Positions 48,987-59,308 are shown, numbered from the stretch's first letter. The stretch is 64,000 nt of DNA from Planctomycetota bacterium (GCA_965223845.1 CBDCXR010000004.1:6144001-6208000), one strand, 5' to 3'. Numbers and translations: made by a program. The notes: generated by a model not told the origin, from the letters alone.

Positions 48987-49490
48987 CTACGAGAAAATGT
49001 TCGGCGCCGCCTGCTCGGGGATGTGCTCGCCGTACTCGATCTTGCCCGTCACGTCAGTTCGGTACGGGATGTAGATCGTCAGGCTCGCGCCGGCGACGTG
49101 CTCGAGATTTACCCGAATCGCTTCGACGGGATCCGGTCGATCTTCGAAGTGGATCACCACGTCGCAGAAGATCGCGACGGCGAGGTAGCGTCCTCTCTCG
49201 GCACCGCGACGGAACCGTGCGGTCAACAGATCGACACTCTCTTCGGCGGACGAATCCGCGGACTCGTCGTCGAACACGAGCGAGTAGTCGACGTCGGCGT
49301 CGGCGTCGGCGAACTCGCCGCGATCATCCGCAGCGCCGCCGTCGCTCTCCGTCTCGACACTCACGTGCTCGAGCTCGGAGTCCGTCGTGATCGTCCCCCC
49401 GAACGGGGCGAATCCACCCGCGACCGAGAGACTCCGCTCGGCGAACGGGATCAGCTCGTTCACAAGTCGCTGAAGGTCGCTCTCTACCAC
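48987..49490 (-). CDS. Hypothetical acidic protein
   Basis: Coding-like part of the track ORF from GTG 49490 (FAERSL...GGFAPFGG, IRVNLEH...IYIPY); the upstream extension runs into non-coding repeats. Confidence 0.65.
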   Translation of the reverse strand: MVESDLQRLVNELIPFAERSLSVAGGFAPFGGTITTDSELEHVSVETESDGGAADDRGEFADADADVDYSLVFDDESADSSAEESVDLLTARFRRGAERGRYLAVAIFCDVVIHFEDRPDPVEAIRVNLEHVAGASLTIYIPYRTDVTGKIEYGEHIPEQAAPNIFS

Positions 49491-49691
49491 GGGGTCGCCT
49501 TTCGGTGGACGGATCGGATTCCCCCCGGAAGCGTCGCTACCTCGGTTCGTCCTCGATGATAGGGCTCGGCGGCCCGCTGAGAATCCGCCGCGTCGATGGA
49601 TCCGCAAAATCGGGCGGCGGGACCCGGGCTTCCCCCGAACCGCGCTCGCCGAGCGCGCACCCGCGGCAAACGAGACGGCGGCAAAAAAAAG

Positions 49692-50096
49692 AACGCCCAG
49701 ATCTCTCGGCTGAGAAAACTGGGCGTTCAAAAGCTGCCCTCGGCACAAGGTCGCGAGCGCACCCTTTTTCGAAATGGCCGTTAGTGGCTTCTCTGTCAGG
49801 ACTTACGGGTCCGCTCGTCGTGGTGGCGGCGGGAAACGAAAAACGCCCAGTTCTCTCGGTTGAGAAAACTGGGCGTTCAAAGGCTGCCCTCGGCACAAGG
49901 TCGCGCGAGCGGCTTTTCTCAAGATAAGCTCTAAGTTGTTTTTTTGTATATAGATGTGGGATCGAGGCGCCTCGCTTCGACTGGAGGACTCGCCGGAGCC
50001 CGGCGGCTGGAAACGAGAGATTTGGGGTCCCACGAAAAACGCCCGGTTCTCTCGGTTGAGAAAACTGGGCGTTCAAAAGCTGCCTTCGGTACAAGG
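49692..50096. repeat. Three copies of a 59-bp palindromic repeat (49692-49750, 49842-49900, 50038-50096)
   Basis: Consensus AACGCCCAGTTCTCTCGGTTGAGAAAACTGGGCGTTCAAAAGCTGCCCTCGGCACAAGG with 1-3 substitutions per copy; periods 150 and 196 bp. Confidence 0.95.
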
Positions 50097-50265
50097 CGAT
50101 CCCCGGGGCGAACCCGAAAAATTCTTAAATGACTTGGACATAGAGGGTTACGTCCCGATCCGCCCAGCGTGGTAAGGGGTTTGAGGCGCTCGTTCGGGAT
50201 TCGGAGTACCATCGGGCCGGCCGTCCGAGGGGCGGACAGTCGATCTTGCCGAGGGTCAGAGGCGT

Positions 50266-50625
50266 ATGACGAGACTCCACACGCTTTTCGTGATGATCGC
50301 CGGCGCCGGCGCGCTCGTCGGCTGCGCCGAGTACGACGTCCCGGCGCGTGAGCCGCTCACGCTCGAGCGCATCATCGAGATGTCCGGCGCCGAGACCCCC
50401 GTTGAGGACATCGTGCGCGAGGTCGAGAGCTCGCGCACGATCTACCGCCTCTACACCGCGGACGTTCTCAAGCTCCACGAGGCCGGCGTCGACCATCGTG
50501 TGATCGATACACTCCTCGAGACGCACTACGGTCTCGTCCGCCGAGGCTACTGGCGGCCGTACTACTACGATCCGTACTGGCACGCCTGGCCGCATTACAC
50601 GTACTGGTATCACCACGGCTGGTGA
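50266..50625 (+). CDS. Small lipoprotein with aromatic/His-rich C-terminal tail
   Basis: ALVGC lipobox; tail YWRPYYYDPYWHAWPHYTYWYHHGW; GAGG RBS. Confidence 0.72.
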   Translation: MTRLHTLFVMIAGAGALVGCAEYDVPAREPLTLERIIEMSGAETPVEDIVREVESSRTIYRLYTADVLKLHEAGVDHRVIDTLLETHYGLVRRGYWRPYYYDPYWHAWPHYTYWYHHGW

Positions 50626-50656
50626 GCGCGCGGAGCTCGGGGGGCCGATCCCGCTC

Positions 50657-51130
50657 TCACCCGAGCAACCACTCCGCCGCTCGACCCGGATCGGCGGAGA
50701 GGAGCAGCCCGGCGATCGTCCACGTGGCGAGCGGAACGACGATCGGCGCTAGAAACCGCTGGAGTGGGACGGGCCGGAGCGCCCACTGCTGGAGCACATC
50801 GCCGACGCTGACCGCGATTTGCACGATGAGGAGCGGGGCCATCATCACGCTGCCGCTCACGAACACGGCGTACGCGACGCCGAGGGCCCAGTGAATCTCG
50901 CGGGGAAGGTCGATCGAAGGCTGCGGCGCTCGGCCGAGGGCGACCCACGCGACCGCCCACGCGCCGTAGAGCACCACGATCAAGGCGATGGGAAAGAGCG
51001 CGAGCGCGTACGTGTAGCGCGCACGCCGCGCGGTCATTCTCTCGAGCCACAAACGGCCGAGCTCCGAGGGTTCGTGACCGCGGGCGCGGGTCCGGTCATC
51101 GAGATGACGGTCGCGAGCGTCGCGGTTCAT
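50657..51130 (-). CDS. Hypothetical membrane protein (about 3 TM)
   Basis: ATGA overlap with the yhaN-like stop; three hydrophobic segments. Confidence 0.65.
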   Translation of the reverse strand: MNRDARDRHLDDRTRARGHEPSELGRLWLERMTARRARYTYALALFPIALIVVLYGAWAVAWVALGRAPQPSIDLPREIHWALGVAYAVFVSGSVMMAPLLIVQIAVSVGDVLQQWALRPVPLQRFLAPIVVPLATWTIAGLLLSADPGRAAEWLLG

Positions 51131-54100
51131 TTCGCGGCGATCTCGCGCCGGACGCCCTCGTGGAGCGCGATGGGCTTCAGTCCCGCAAGCACTTCACCGG
51201 CCGCCCGGACGCGACTCTCGTGGCAGGTGAGAAAGATGACTTGCGCCGTGCGCGCCACTTCGGCGATCACGGCGAGGGTGCTCCGCGCCCGCTCGTCGTC
51301 GAAGTTGACGAGGACGTCGTCCATGATCACGGGAAGCGGTTCGCTCTTCGCCGAGTAGTGGAGAACGTACGCCAAGCGGATTGCGAGGTAGAGCTGTTCG
51401 CGCGTTCCGGTGCTGAGTTGCGCCGGCTCCTTCGTCCCTCCGGTTTTTTCGCGGACGAGGAGCGTTCCTTCGGCGTCGAGGCGCCGCTCGACGCCGACGT
51501 ACTCGCCGAGCGTCATTCGAGCGAAGAGTCGAGCGACATCCTCGAGAAGCGCGGGCTGGTGCTCGCTCTCGAATCGGGCGAGCGAGCGCCGGAGCGTCGC
51601 GCGGGCGAAGACGAGCGCGCACCAGCGATCCACCGCGCTCGTGAGCTCACCGCGATGACTCTCGAGCTTTTGCGCCCGCTCTACCGCGTCGCTCTTCGAA
51701 TCGAGATCGGCGAGCTCCTTGCGAACGACCGCGGCCTCCTCGAGAGTTCGCTCGTAGTCGGCAGTCTCGCGCTGGAGCTCTTCGCTCGTTCGCAGGCTGC
51801 GCGCTTCGATCTCGGCCGCGTCGATGCGCAAGAGTTCCTCGCGGAACGCTCGCTCGTCATCGCCCGCGCCGATCGTCGCCATCTCGCGCTCGAGGGCGTC
51901 GACTTCCCGGACGAGCGACTCGCGCCGCTCAGCGCGTTCGATCACGGCGAGAAGCTCCGCCTCGGTCGTCGTTCCCGCTGCGCGATGAAGCGAGGCGATG
52001 CGCTCGTTCGCCCGGTCGACTTGCTCTCGCGTTCGCTCGAGGCGTCGCTCGGTCGCGCTCTCCTCCTCACCGAGCGCGGCGAACGCCTGCTCCGCCGTCT
52101 TGGCTTCGCTGATTTTTCGGTGAAGCTCCGCGACCGCGTCCTCGGTCGGGAGCGACGACGCCGGGTCGTCACCGAGGCTCGCCCGCGCCCGGGTCTCGAA
52201 ATCCGCGAGCGCCGACCGCATCTGTCCGATGCGCTCGCGCAGTCCGGCGAGCTCTCGAGTCCGGCCGTCCGCCGCCGCGAGATCGGCCAGGGTTTCGGTC
52301 GCGGCGGCGACGCTCCAGTCCTCAGGAAATCCGACCTCGACGAGAAGCTGACGCCACCGAGACTCCCAATCCGTTTTTCGCGCCGCGGCCGCTTCGAGGT
52401 CGCCGAGGAGCTCGCGGAGGCGCGCCCGCTCTTCGGGAAGGCGCACCTCGAGCTCGCGTCGCTCGCTCGCGGCTCGCTCCTCTTCTTGCGCCCGCGCCCG
52501 GGCCTCGGCGAGGAGCTCGTCCGACGCGTCTCCATCCTCGCGATCGCGCGCGAGAACTTCGCGGAGCTCGCGGCGAAACGATTCCACCCGCGCCTCGACC
52601 GCAGCGAGCTGTTCTCGAGCCAAGGCGAGATCGCCGCGCTTCTCGTCGAATGAGCGATGGTCATCGAGCCATTCGAGCATCGCTTGCGGCGCGAGCGGAG
52701 CGAACGGGCAGTCGCACCAGAGCGAACGCCATTCTTCGTCGAGGGCCTCGAGCTTTTCGCGGCGCTCCCCCGCGGCGCGCGCGCTCTCCTCGACCTGCTC
52801 GCGCTGGCGCTCGGCCTCGGCAGCGAGCTGTTCCGATTGGGCGACGAGCTCGGCCCTTCGCTGGCGCTCATCGGCCAGCCGGTCGCAGTGCTCGAGCTCG
52901 AGCTCGAACTGGGATGCTACCGGTCGGCGCTCGTCCCCCATCCAAGCCGCGATCTCTTCCCGCGAGACGTCACCCGCATCGTCGATCCAGTCGAGCTGTC
53001 CGTCGCGGATGTATTTCCGGCGAATGAGACGCCAACCCTCGTCTCGGCGCGTGCGCCGGCGGAGAAGCTCTTCGCGATCGGGGATCTCCTCCTGAGCGCG
53101 AAAAAGATCTCGGCGCTCCTCGCGCGAGATCAGCTCACGCCGCGCATCCTCGTGCCGGCGTTCGGCGAGCGCCAGCTCAGCCTTCTCGGCGTCGAAGCGC
53201 GCGAGATGAGAGCGCACCGCACCCGCGAGAGGAACGCGCGCATCGTCGAGATCGGCGGGTTCGCAATCGACGGCTCGCGCGATGCGCTCGCCGAGGAATC
53301 GTACCTCGCCCCCCAATCGCCGCACGGAGTCGGAGAGTTCCTCGGCCACGGTGACGTCGGCGAGATGCGCGCTCCCCCGGTTGACGAGCGCGGCGAGCCG
53401 AGAGGAGCGCTCGGTCGTTTCGAGGCGTTCCCAGCGCTCTTCGCTCTCCCGGACCTGCCGCTCGAGCTCGGGTCGCTGGGCTTCGAGAGCGGTGAGCCCG
53501 CGTTCGAGTGTGGTGCTCTCCTCCGCGAGCGATTGCACTTCGGGCCGGCGACGGAGGATATCCGAGCTCTTCCGCCGCTCGATTCCACCCTCGGAGTTCT
53601 CGCCGTCACGCACGTTCGAGCGCGGCGTCGCGGGAAGCCGATCGAACACCGCCGAGAGCTCCGTCTCAACTCGAGCGGCGTCGACCTCGAGACGCGGAAG
53701 ATCCTGTCGCACCGATCGGACTTGCGCGATCTCCTGGTTAAGCGAGCGAACCTCGGCCTCGCGAAGGACTAGGTCGGGATTTCGTTCGATCCGTTCTTTC
53801 TTCGCGCGAGTCTCCGCGAGCTCGGCTTCGAGCGACTCGCGCTCGGCTTCGATCTCCGCGAGTCGCTCCTTGGCGCGTTCGAGCTCCGCTCTCGCCCCGA
53901 ACGGCAGGCCATCGGGTAGATCGAGCGCGTTCAGCTCGTCGCTCGCGGCGGCGGCCCGGCGCGCCTTCGGGAGCGCCCGCTGCAGTCGATCGAGGCGACC
54001 GGATTCCTGCCGCAAGTGCGCGATCGTTCCGTGCGCGGATTTGCTCGCTGCGTCGAGCTCGGTGCTCCGCCGCCGAAGCTCGCTGTAGTCGCGCGGACGA

Positions 54101-54723
54101 ACCGAAAGCTCGCGGAGGGCGCGAGTGTCGTCGCGGATGCGCGCGAGGAGCTCGTTGATCGTCTTCTTTCGCCCTTGGGGGGTGAACAGAGCGTCCGCCT
54201 CGGCCCCGAGGGAATCGGAGAGCGCGGAGAAACTGCCCAGGCTCCCTAGGCTTCCGCCGTACAGCGCTTCGGAGAGATTCGCATCGACGAGCGCTTGCTC
54301 GCCGCGAGAGAGCTCCGTGAGGGAGAACGCAAACACGGAACGAAAAAGCTCTGCGCTCGCGTGGCCGAGGACTCTCGTGAGCGCGTCGTCGTCGATCTTC
54401 TGAGCGGAGTCCGGACCGCTGAGAACTTCTCCGGTGACGGTGTTCTTTTGTCCCTTTCGCCGGCGGAAGCACAGTCGCGATCCATCCGCGAGCTCAACCG
54501 TCGCGGTGGCGGCGAGCTCTCCCTTCCGATCGCCGAAGTCGTACGGGTGGTGCTTGTGCTGAAATCCGAAGAGGACGTCGCGAAAGAGTGCGAGGAGGGT
54601 CGACTTTCCCGCCTCATTCGGCCCGAAGACGAGATGGAACCCCGCGTCGCCCGCCGGCTCGAACTCGAGCTCGAGGCCGGAGTGGATGCCGTAGTGTTCG
54701 ATCTCGAGACGGACGAACTTCAC
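51127..54723 (-). CDS. YhaN-like (SbcC/Rad50-type, AAA_27) coiled-coil ATPase
   Basis: GPNEAGKST Walker A, long coiled coil, LSTGTREQLYLAIRLA signature, PVIMDDVLVNFD, FLTCH. Start set at GTG 54723. Confidence 0.92.
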   Translation of the reverse strand: MKFVRLEIEHYGIHSGLELEFEPAGDAGFHLVFGPNEAGKSTLLALFRDVLFGFQHKHHPYDFGDRKGELAATATVELADGSRLCFRRRKGQKNTVTGEVLSGPDSAQKIDDDALTRVLGHASAELFRSVFAFSLTELSRGEQALVDANLSEALYGGSLGSLGSFSALSDSLGAEADALFTPQGRKKTINELLARIRDDTRALRELSVRPRDYSELRRRSTELDAASKSAHGTIAHLRQESGRLDRLQRALPKARRAAAASDELNALDLPDGLPFGARAELERAKERLAEIEAERESLEAELAETRAKKERIERNPDLVLREAEVRSLNQEIAQVRSVRQDLPRLEVDAARVETELSAVFDRLPATPRSNVRDGENSEGGIERRKSSDILRRRPEVQSLAEESTTLERGLTALEAQRPELERQVRESEERWERLETTERSSRLAALVNRGSAHLADVTVAEELSDSVRRLGGEVRFLGERIARAVDCEPADLDDARVPLAGAVRSHLARFDAEKAELALAERRHEDARRELISREERRDLFRAQEEIPDREELLRRRTRRDEGWRLIRRKYIRDGQLDWIDDAGDVSREEIAAWMGDERRPVASQFELELEHCDRLADERQRRAELVAQSEQLAAEAERQREQVEESARAAGERREKLEALDEEWRSLWCDCPFAPLAPQAMLEWLDDHRSFDEKRGDLALAREQLAAVEARVESFRRELREVLARDREDGDASDELLAEARARAQEEERAASERRELEVRLPEERARLRELLGDLEAAAARKTDWESRWRQLLVEVGFPEDWSVAAATETLADLAAADGRTRELAGLRERIGQMRSALADFETRARASLGDDPASSLPTEDAVAELHRKISEAKTAEQAFAALGEEESATERRLERTREQVDRANERIASLHRAAGTTTEAELLAVIERAERRESLVREVDALEREMATIGAGDDERAFREELLRIDAAEIEARSLRTSEELQRETADYERTLEEAAVVRKELADLDSKSDAVERAQKLESHRGELTSAVDRWCALVFARATLRRSLARFESEHQPALLEDVARLFARMTLGEYVGVERRLDAEGTLLVREKTGGTKEPAQLSTGTREQLYLAIRLAYVLHYSAKSEPLPVIMDDVLVNFDDERARSTLAVIAEVARTAQVIFLTCHESRVRAAGEVLAGLKPIALHEGVRREIAAK

Positions 54724-54901
54724 TCTCGTCTCCGGCGTTCTCGCTCCATCGGGTCCCGCTCCCGCTGCCCGCTCGCCGACTGCGCGAGCGCTCCCCCATG
54801 GAACCATGAAACGACCCGGACGAGAACCGGCCGAGCCGCGAACGCGCCGCGGATCGGCCGAAGTTGCTCACATCGGGGATGGAGTGCGAGTAGAGATCAA
54901 A

Positions 54902-55678
54902 TCAAGTCGCCGAGGGAACCGACGACCGGCGGCCGGCCGGGGCGGCGTCGCGCGGCGGGAGCGGGATGATCATCGACACCTGGCGGCGGTAGCTCTTGTA
55001 GTCTTCGCCGTGCGCGCCGACGAGATCTCGCTCCTCGAGCTGAATCGCGACGAGCATGTACGCGGTTGTGACCCCGGCGAAGAGAAGACGGCCAAACGTC
55101 ATGTGGGGAGTCGCCCAGAACGCGATCATGAACCCGAAAAGGAGCGGGTGGCGAACGTAGCGGTAGAAGAGCGTCACTTTGAACTCGGGAGCCGGGTAGG
55201 GTAGGCCGCGAAAGTGATACCACACCTGCTTCAGCCCGAAGAGATCGAAGTGATCGATCACGAAAGTCGACAGAAGAACGATCACCCAGCCGGCGCCGCA
55301 GATCGCCCAGAGCGCGATTTTCCCGAGCTCCGACTCGACGCTCCACACGGCGCCGGTGAGCGGCTGCCACTGCCAGAAGATGAGCGTGAGGATGACGTTC
55401 GTGAACAGCACAAACGTGCTCCGCTCGACCGCCGGGGAGACGATCTTTGTCCAGAGCCGCTTAAACGCCGGACGCGCCATGATGCTGTGCTGAACGCCGA
55501 AGAGGCCGAGGAGAAGGACGTTGATCGCGATCGCCATCCCAGCCGACGCGGGTTCCGCGCCGTCGTTGATGCCCCTCGGGACCAATACGTCGCCGACGAA
55601 GCCGATCGCGTAGAGAAACACACCGAGGAAATATGCGTAGGCGAAGGCGCCGTAGATAAATGCAGCGTATCGACCCAT
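54902..55678 (-). CDS. mddA: Methanethiol S-methyltransferase (isoprenylcysteine methyltransferase-like membrane protein)
   Basis: FLYAIGFV, QHSIMARPAFK, VERSTFVL, DHFDLFGLKQV, YRYVRHPL, LEERDL; GAGG RBS. Confidence 0.82.
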   Translation of the reverse strand: MGRYAAFIYGAFAYAYFLGVFLYAIGFVGDVLVPRGINDGAEPASAGMAIAINVLLLGLFGVQHSIMARPAFKRLWTKIVSPAVERSTFVLFTNVILTLIFWQWQPLTGAVWSVESELGKIALWAICGAGWVIVLLSTFVIDHFDLFGLKQVWYHFRGLPYPAPEFKVTLFYRYVRHPLLFGFMIAFWATPHMTFGRLLFAGVTTAYMLVAIQLEERDLVGAHGEDYKSYRRQVSMIIPLPPRDAAPAGRRSSVPSAT

Positions 55679-56040
55679 GGAAACACCTCTCGAAAGCCGT
55701 CGATCGTCCGAAACACCGGCGCGCGGGACGGAACAGCGGATTCGACCGTCGGTGCGCGTCTACGGGGTGAACTGCAGGACGACCGGCGGCCGCGACAAGT
55801 TTTTCGCGATTTTCTCGCTCCACCGCCGGGCAAGAGCGGACGAGGGAGGCTGCGGCACGGTCATGTCTTCCCAGAGTCGCGACGAGAGAAATCGTCGTGC
55901 GGGAATGTAGTCGTCCGGCGAGAATCTCGACAAGAAAGAGGCGCACGTGTCGCCGGAGATTATGATCCCCGTCCAGCGCGCGTTCAGATCCGGGGCGCGA
56001 TACGATCCGACTGTACGAATTTAGCGCCACTCATCACGCA

Positions 56041-57867
56041 ATGAGCAACTCCAATTCACACCGATTTCAGGTCGACCTCGGAGGGATGATCGACCTCTTG
56101 TCGTCACATCTCTACAGCAGTCCCCGGGTGTACATTCGGGAGCTTCTTCAAAATGCAGTAGACGCGCTGCGGATGCGGGAAGCTCTGGGTGACTCGTTCG
56201 AGGCGGTGATCCGCGTCGAGCTCATCCCCGCGGGGGACAAATCATCGCCGTCCACGCTGATCTTTGAAGACACGGGAATCGGGCTTACGGAATCTGAGGT
56301 GCACGAATTTCTCGCGACAATCGCCCGGTCGAGCAAGCCGGACGCACTCGGCGAGGCGCGTGACGACTACATCGGTCAGTTCGGGATCGGCCTGCTCTCG
56401 TGCTTCACCGTGAGTCGCGATATTGTCCTCCACACGCGATCCTCTCGCGGAACGGGAAGTGTCGAGTGGCGCGGGCGGCCGGATGGTACGTACGAGGTCC
56501 GGCGACTCGAGGCGAAAGGGCCCGTGGGAACGCGGGTGTTCCTTCAAAGTCGCGCGGAAATGCGCGAGTACTTCGACCGCGAATTCGTGGCCGAACACAT
56601 CCGCACGTTTGGGCGTCTTCTTCCCTATCCAATCACCTTCTGTTCGCAGGGAATGGAAACCGAGATCGAGCGTGATGTGCCGCCATTTCGTCGGCAATGG
56701 GACGATCCAAAAAAGGAGCAACAAGCTCTCCTCGAATTCGGCCGCGACGAGTTCGGTGTCGGCTTCTTCGATGCATTTCCGCTGCGCGCGAAAGACACGG
56801 GGCTCGAAGGAGCCATCTTCATCGTGGAGCACACGACGACGCCACAGTCGCGGCAGAGTCATCGCGTCTACCTGAAGGATATGTTCCTCTCCGATTCGGC
56901 CGAGAATCTGCTCCCCGAATGGGCTTTCTTCGTCCGCTGCGTGATCAACTCACGGCACCTTCGGCCGACAGCATCGCGCGAAGAATTCTACGAGGACGAC
57001 GACCTCGAGCGCGCTCGCGAAGCTCTCGGGCAATCCATCAAAGACTATCTTTTCGACCTCGCGTACTTCGACCGCGAGCGGCTCGATCGACTGCTCACCC
57101 GGCATGCTTTGCCGATCAAGGCCCTCAGCCTCGAAGACGAGGAATTCTATAAGCTCGTCGTCGACTGGCTTCCGTTCGAAACGCCGTTCGGCCGGGCGTC
57201 GCTCGGTGATCTCCGGCGCGAACACAGCCCCCTTCGCTACGCGTCGGAGCTCGATCAGTACCGACAGATCGAGGCGGTCGCCCGCGCGCAATCGATGATG
57301 GTCGTGAATGCCGGTTACGTCTACGACGCAGAGATCCTCGAGCGACTGCCCCAAGTTCTTCCGGATATCGTCGTCGAACTGATCGATGCCACCGACGTGG
57401 CTCAGGAATTCGAAGAGCTATCAATCGCGCAGCAGGAAGTGCTCGCGCCTTTCGTCGATTTCGCGGCTTCCGTGATCGAGCGGTTTGACTGTGCCGTCGC
57501 GATCAGATCGTTCCGACCTCGGGAGCTCGCGTGCCTCTACAACTTGAATCGAGACGCAAGTTTTCTTCGATCGGTTGAACGATCGCAGGAACTTTCCGGC
57601 GACGTGTTCTCAGTCGTCCTCGATGGAGTCGCGGCTGAAGCGCGGTCGACCGCTCGAACGGAGCTGTGCCTCAATCACTCGAACGATCTCATCCGTCGCT
57701 TGTGCGATCTCGGCGAGGGTGATCTCAGCCGTCGGATCGTCGAGCTCCTCTACGTACATTCGCTGCTCCTTGGCCACCACGCTCTGAAGCGTGAAGAAAC
57801 CGAGCTGCTCTCTTGTGGTTTTCTCAGCCTTATTGACTTCGCTCTCGGCGAGGAGGGTCGGCGATGA
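56041..57867 (+). CDS. Divergent Hsp90/HtpG-family GHKL ATPase
   Basis: FQVDLGGMIDLLSSHLYS, IRELLQNAVDA, DTGIG, IGQFGIGLLS, GTRV, LLPEWAFFVR, SREE. Confidence 0.88.
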   Translation: MSNSNSHRFQVDLGGMIDLLSSHLYSSPRVYIRELLQNAVDALRMREALGDSFEAVIRVELIPAGDKSSPSTLIFEDTGIGLTESEVHEFLATIARSSKPDALGEARDDYIGQFGIGLLSCFTVSRDIVLHTRSSRGTGSVEWRGRPDGTYEVRRLEAKGPVGTRVFLQSRAEMREYFDREFVAEHIRTFGRLLPYPITFCSQGMETEIERDVPPFRRQWDDPKKEQQALLEFGRDEFGVGFFDAFPLRAKDTGLEGAIFIVEHTTTPQSRQSHRVYLKDMFLSDSAENLLPEWAFFVRCVINSRHLRPTASREEFYEDDDLERAREALGQSIKDYLFDLAYFDRERLDRLLTRHALPIKALSLEDEEFYKLVVDWLPFETPFGRASLGDLRREHSPLRYASELDQYRQIEAVARAQSMMVVNAGYVYDAEILERLPQVLPDIVVELIDATDVAQEFEELSIAQQEVLAPFVDFAASVIERFDCAVAIRSFRPRELACLYNLNRDASFLRSVERSQELSGDVFSVVLDGVAAEARSTARTELCLNHSNDLIRRLCDLGEGDLSRRIVELLYVHSLLLGHHALKREETELLSCGFLSLIDFALGEEGRR

Positions 57868-58976
57868 GTACGCCTCGAGAAAGCTACCAGGAACTTTTCC
57901 AACGCGCCGAATGCTTGGACGAGGGAGACGAGAAGGTCCAGCTCCTAGAGCGGGCGGTCGAGTTCGCCGATGCGGCGTCCGACGTCGACCGCGCCTACGA
58001 AGCGCGCCTCGAGCTGGTCCACGCGGCATGCTTTTCTGGCTTCAACGAGAAGGCGTTGGTCGCGTTCGCCTGGTGTCTCGCCTGGACAGACCAAGACCCG
58101 GAGAGGTACCCCATCGAGAATCTGCTCTGGAAATACAAGTGGGTTCTCGAAGCTGCGTTTGGCTTTCCGTCGATCACGAAAAACAGCCTCGAGAATTTGT
58201 TCGACGACTTTGGGCGGCGCTACGAGGCGGAGGGCCTGAGTCCGCGAACTTACCACTACTTTCGAATGCGATACGCGCTGAGTTTCTCGGCAATCGACGC
58301 AGACGTCGATGCGTGCCGCCGAGAATTTCTTTCGCACCCTCGAGACGCACAAAGCGATTGCGCCGCGTGCGAGCTCAACACCCAAGTCCGTGTGTCTCTC
58401 CGACTCGACGGTGCGAAAACGGCGATTTCGAAGGCGAAGCCAATCCTCTCCGGGCGGCTGCGGTGTAGATGCATCCCACACGCCACGTATCCGATCCTCC
58501 TTCTCCCGTTTGTAGATACGGGACAGGTTGTAAGAGCAGACGAATACTTCAAACGCGGCGTGCGTCTCGTCGACGGAGATCGTGACTTCGTGCACGAGGT
58601 CGGCACGATCTACGGTTATCTTGCCGTGATCGGAGCGTTCGACCGAGCCCAGCGCCTGTTCGAGCGAAATCTACGCCACGTGGTCGAATGTCACTCGCTT
58701 CTCGACTGTCTCGCGTTCCACAGTGCCGCGTGTGTGCATTTCGGGAAGCTGAATCGGCAGGGAATACATCGGGTCGGCCTAAGCGTCCCCGCGTCGTTTC
58801 CGATTTCCCCAATCGATGGCAGATTCTCGACTCAACAACTCTCTCGCCATTTCGAGAGCGAGGCGCGTCATATTGCCGAGAAATTCGACGCGCGGGAAGA
58901 AAGCCGATGGCAAACCCAGCTCCTGGAAGCGTTCCTCGAGCGAATCGACCGAGACGCCCCTACCACGGAAGGGTAA
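57864..58976 (+). CDS. TPR-like helical protein with Cys motifs, coupled to the Hsp90-like gene
   Basis: ATGA overlap; LVAFAWCL, LLWKYKW, SDCAACE, LRCRCIPH. Confidence 0.72.
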   Translation: MSTPRESYQELFQRAECLDEGDEKVQLLERAVEFADAASDVDRAYEARLELVHAACFSGFNEKALVAFAWCLAWTDQDPERYPIENLLWKYKWVLEAAFGFPSITKNSLENLFDDFGRRYEAEGLSPRTYHYFRMRYALSFSAIDADVDACRREFLSHPRDAQSDCAACELNTQVRVSLRLDGAKTAISKAKPILSGRLRCRCIPHATYPILLLPFVDTGQVVRADEYFKRGVRLVDGDRDFVHEVGTIYGYLAVIGAFDRAQRLFERNLRHVVECHSLLDCLAFHSAACVHFGKLNRQGIHRVGLSVPASFPISPIDGRFSTQQLSRHFESEARHIAEKFDAREESRWQTQLLEAFLERIDRDAPTTEG

Positions 58977-59308
58977 ACGGGGGGATTCAGAGGAAGACAC
59001 GCGGTGCTAACCCAGCGATTCGAACACAACCTCGGATCGATGTTGGCTTCGACGTAGCTGTCCGACCAGCCGAGGGTGCGCGCGACCGCGCGCGCGCGAC
59101 GATTGCGAGCGTTGGCCCGGCGATCTGGCGGGAATTGAGGCGTCTTCGTACCGCCAAGCATCTCGCCATTTCTGCCGCGTAAGCTATGGGGCGAACGCGG
59201 AGCTTCGACAATTTGAAGCCAACACTCCGAGGCGATAAGTCCGTCGCCGCGACGGCGGTCTTTCGAGTCCCGGCGAGTCTCGAAGTACGCCAAGCGCGCC
59301 GCACCCGC

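Noticed and set aside
49692-50096. CRISPR array
   Set aside because: 59-bp units with unequal 91 and 137 bp spacers are outside normal CRISPR geometry; no cas genes.
49491-50212. ORFs across the repeat region (e.g. 49505-49927, 49537-50094)
   Set aside because: Their repeated peptides are translations of the DNA repeats, which fall in different frames.
50150-50212. tRNA-like stretch (CAGCGTGGTAAGG...TTCGG...ACCA)
   Set aside because: I could not build an acceptor stem or a GTTCRA T-arm.
58977-59308. Possible gene remnant between the TPR-like gene and yhaO
   Set aside because: No recognisable motif in any frame and no repeat shared with the other end of the insertion.
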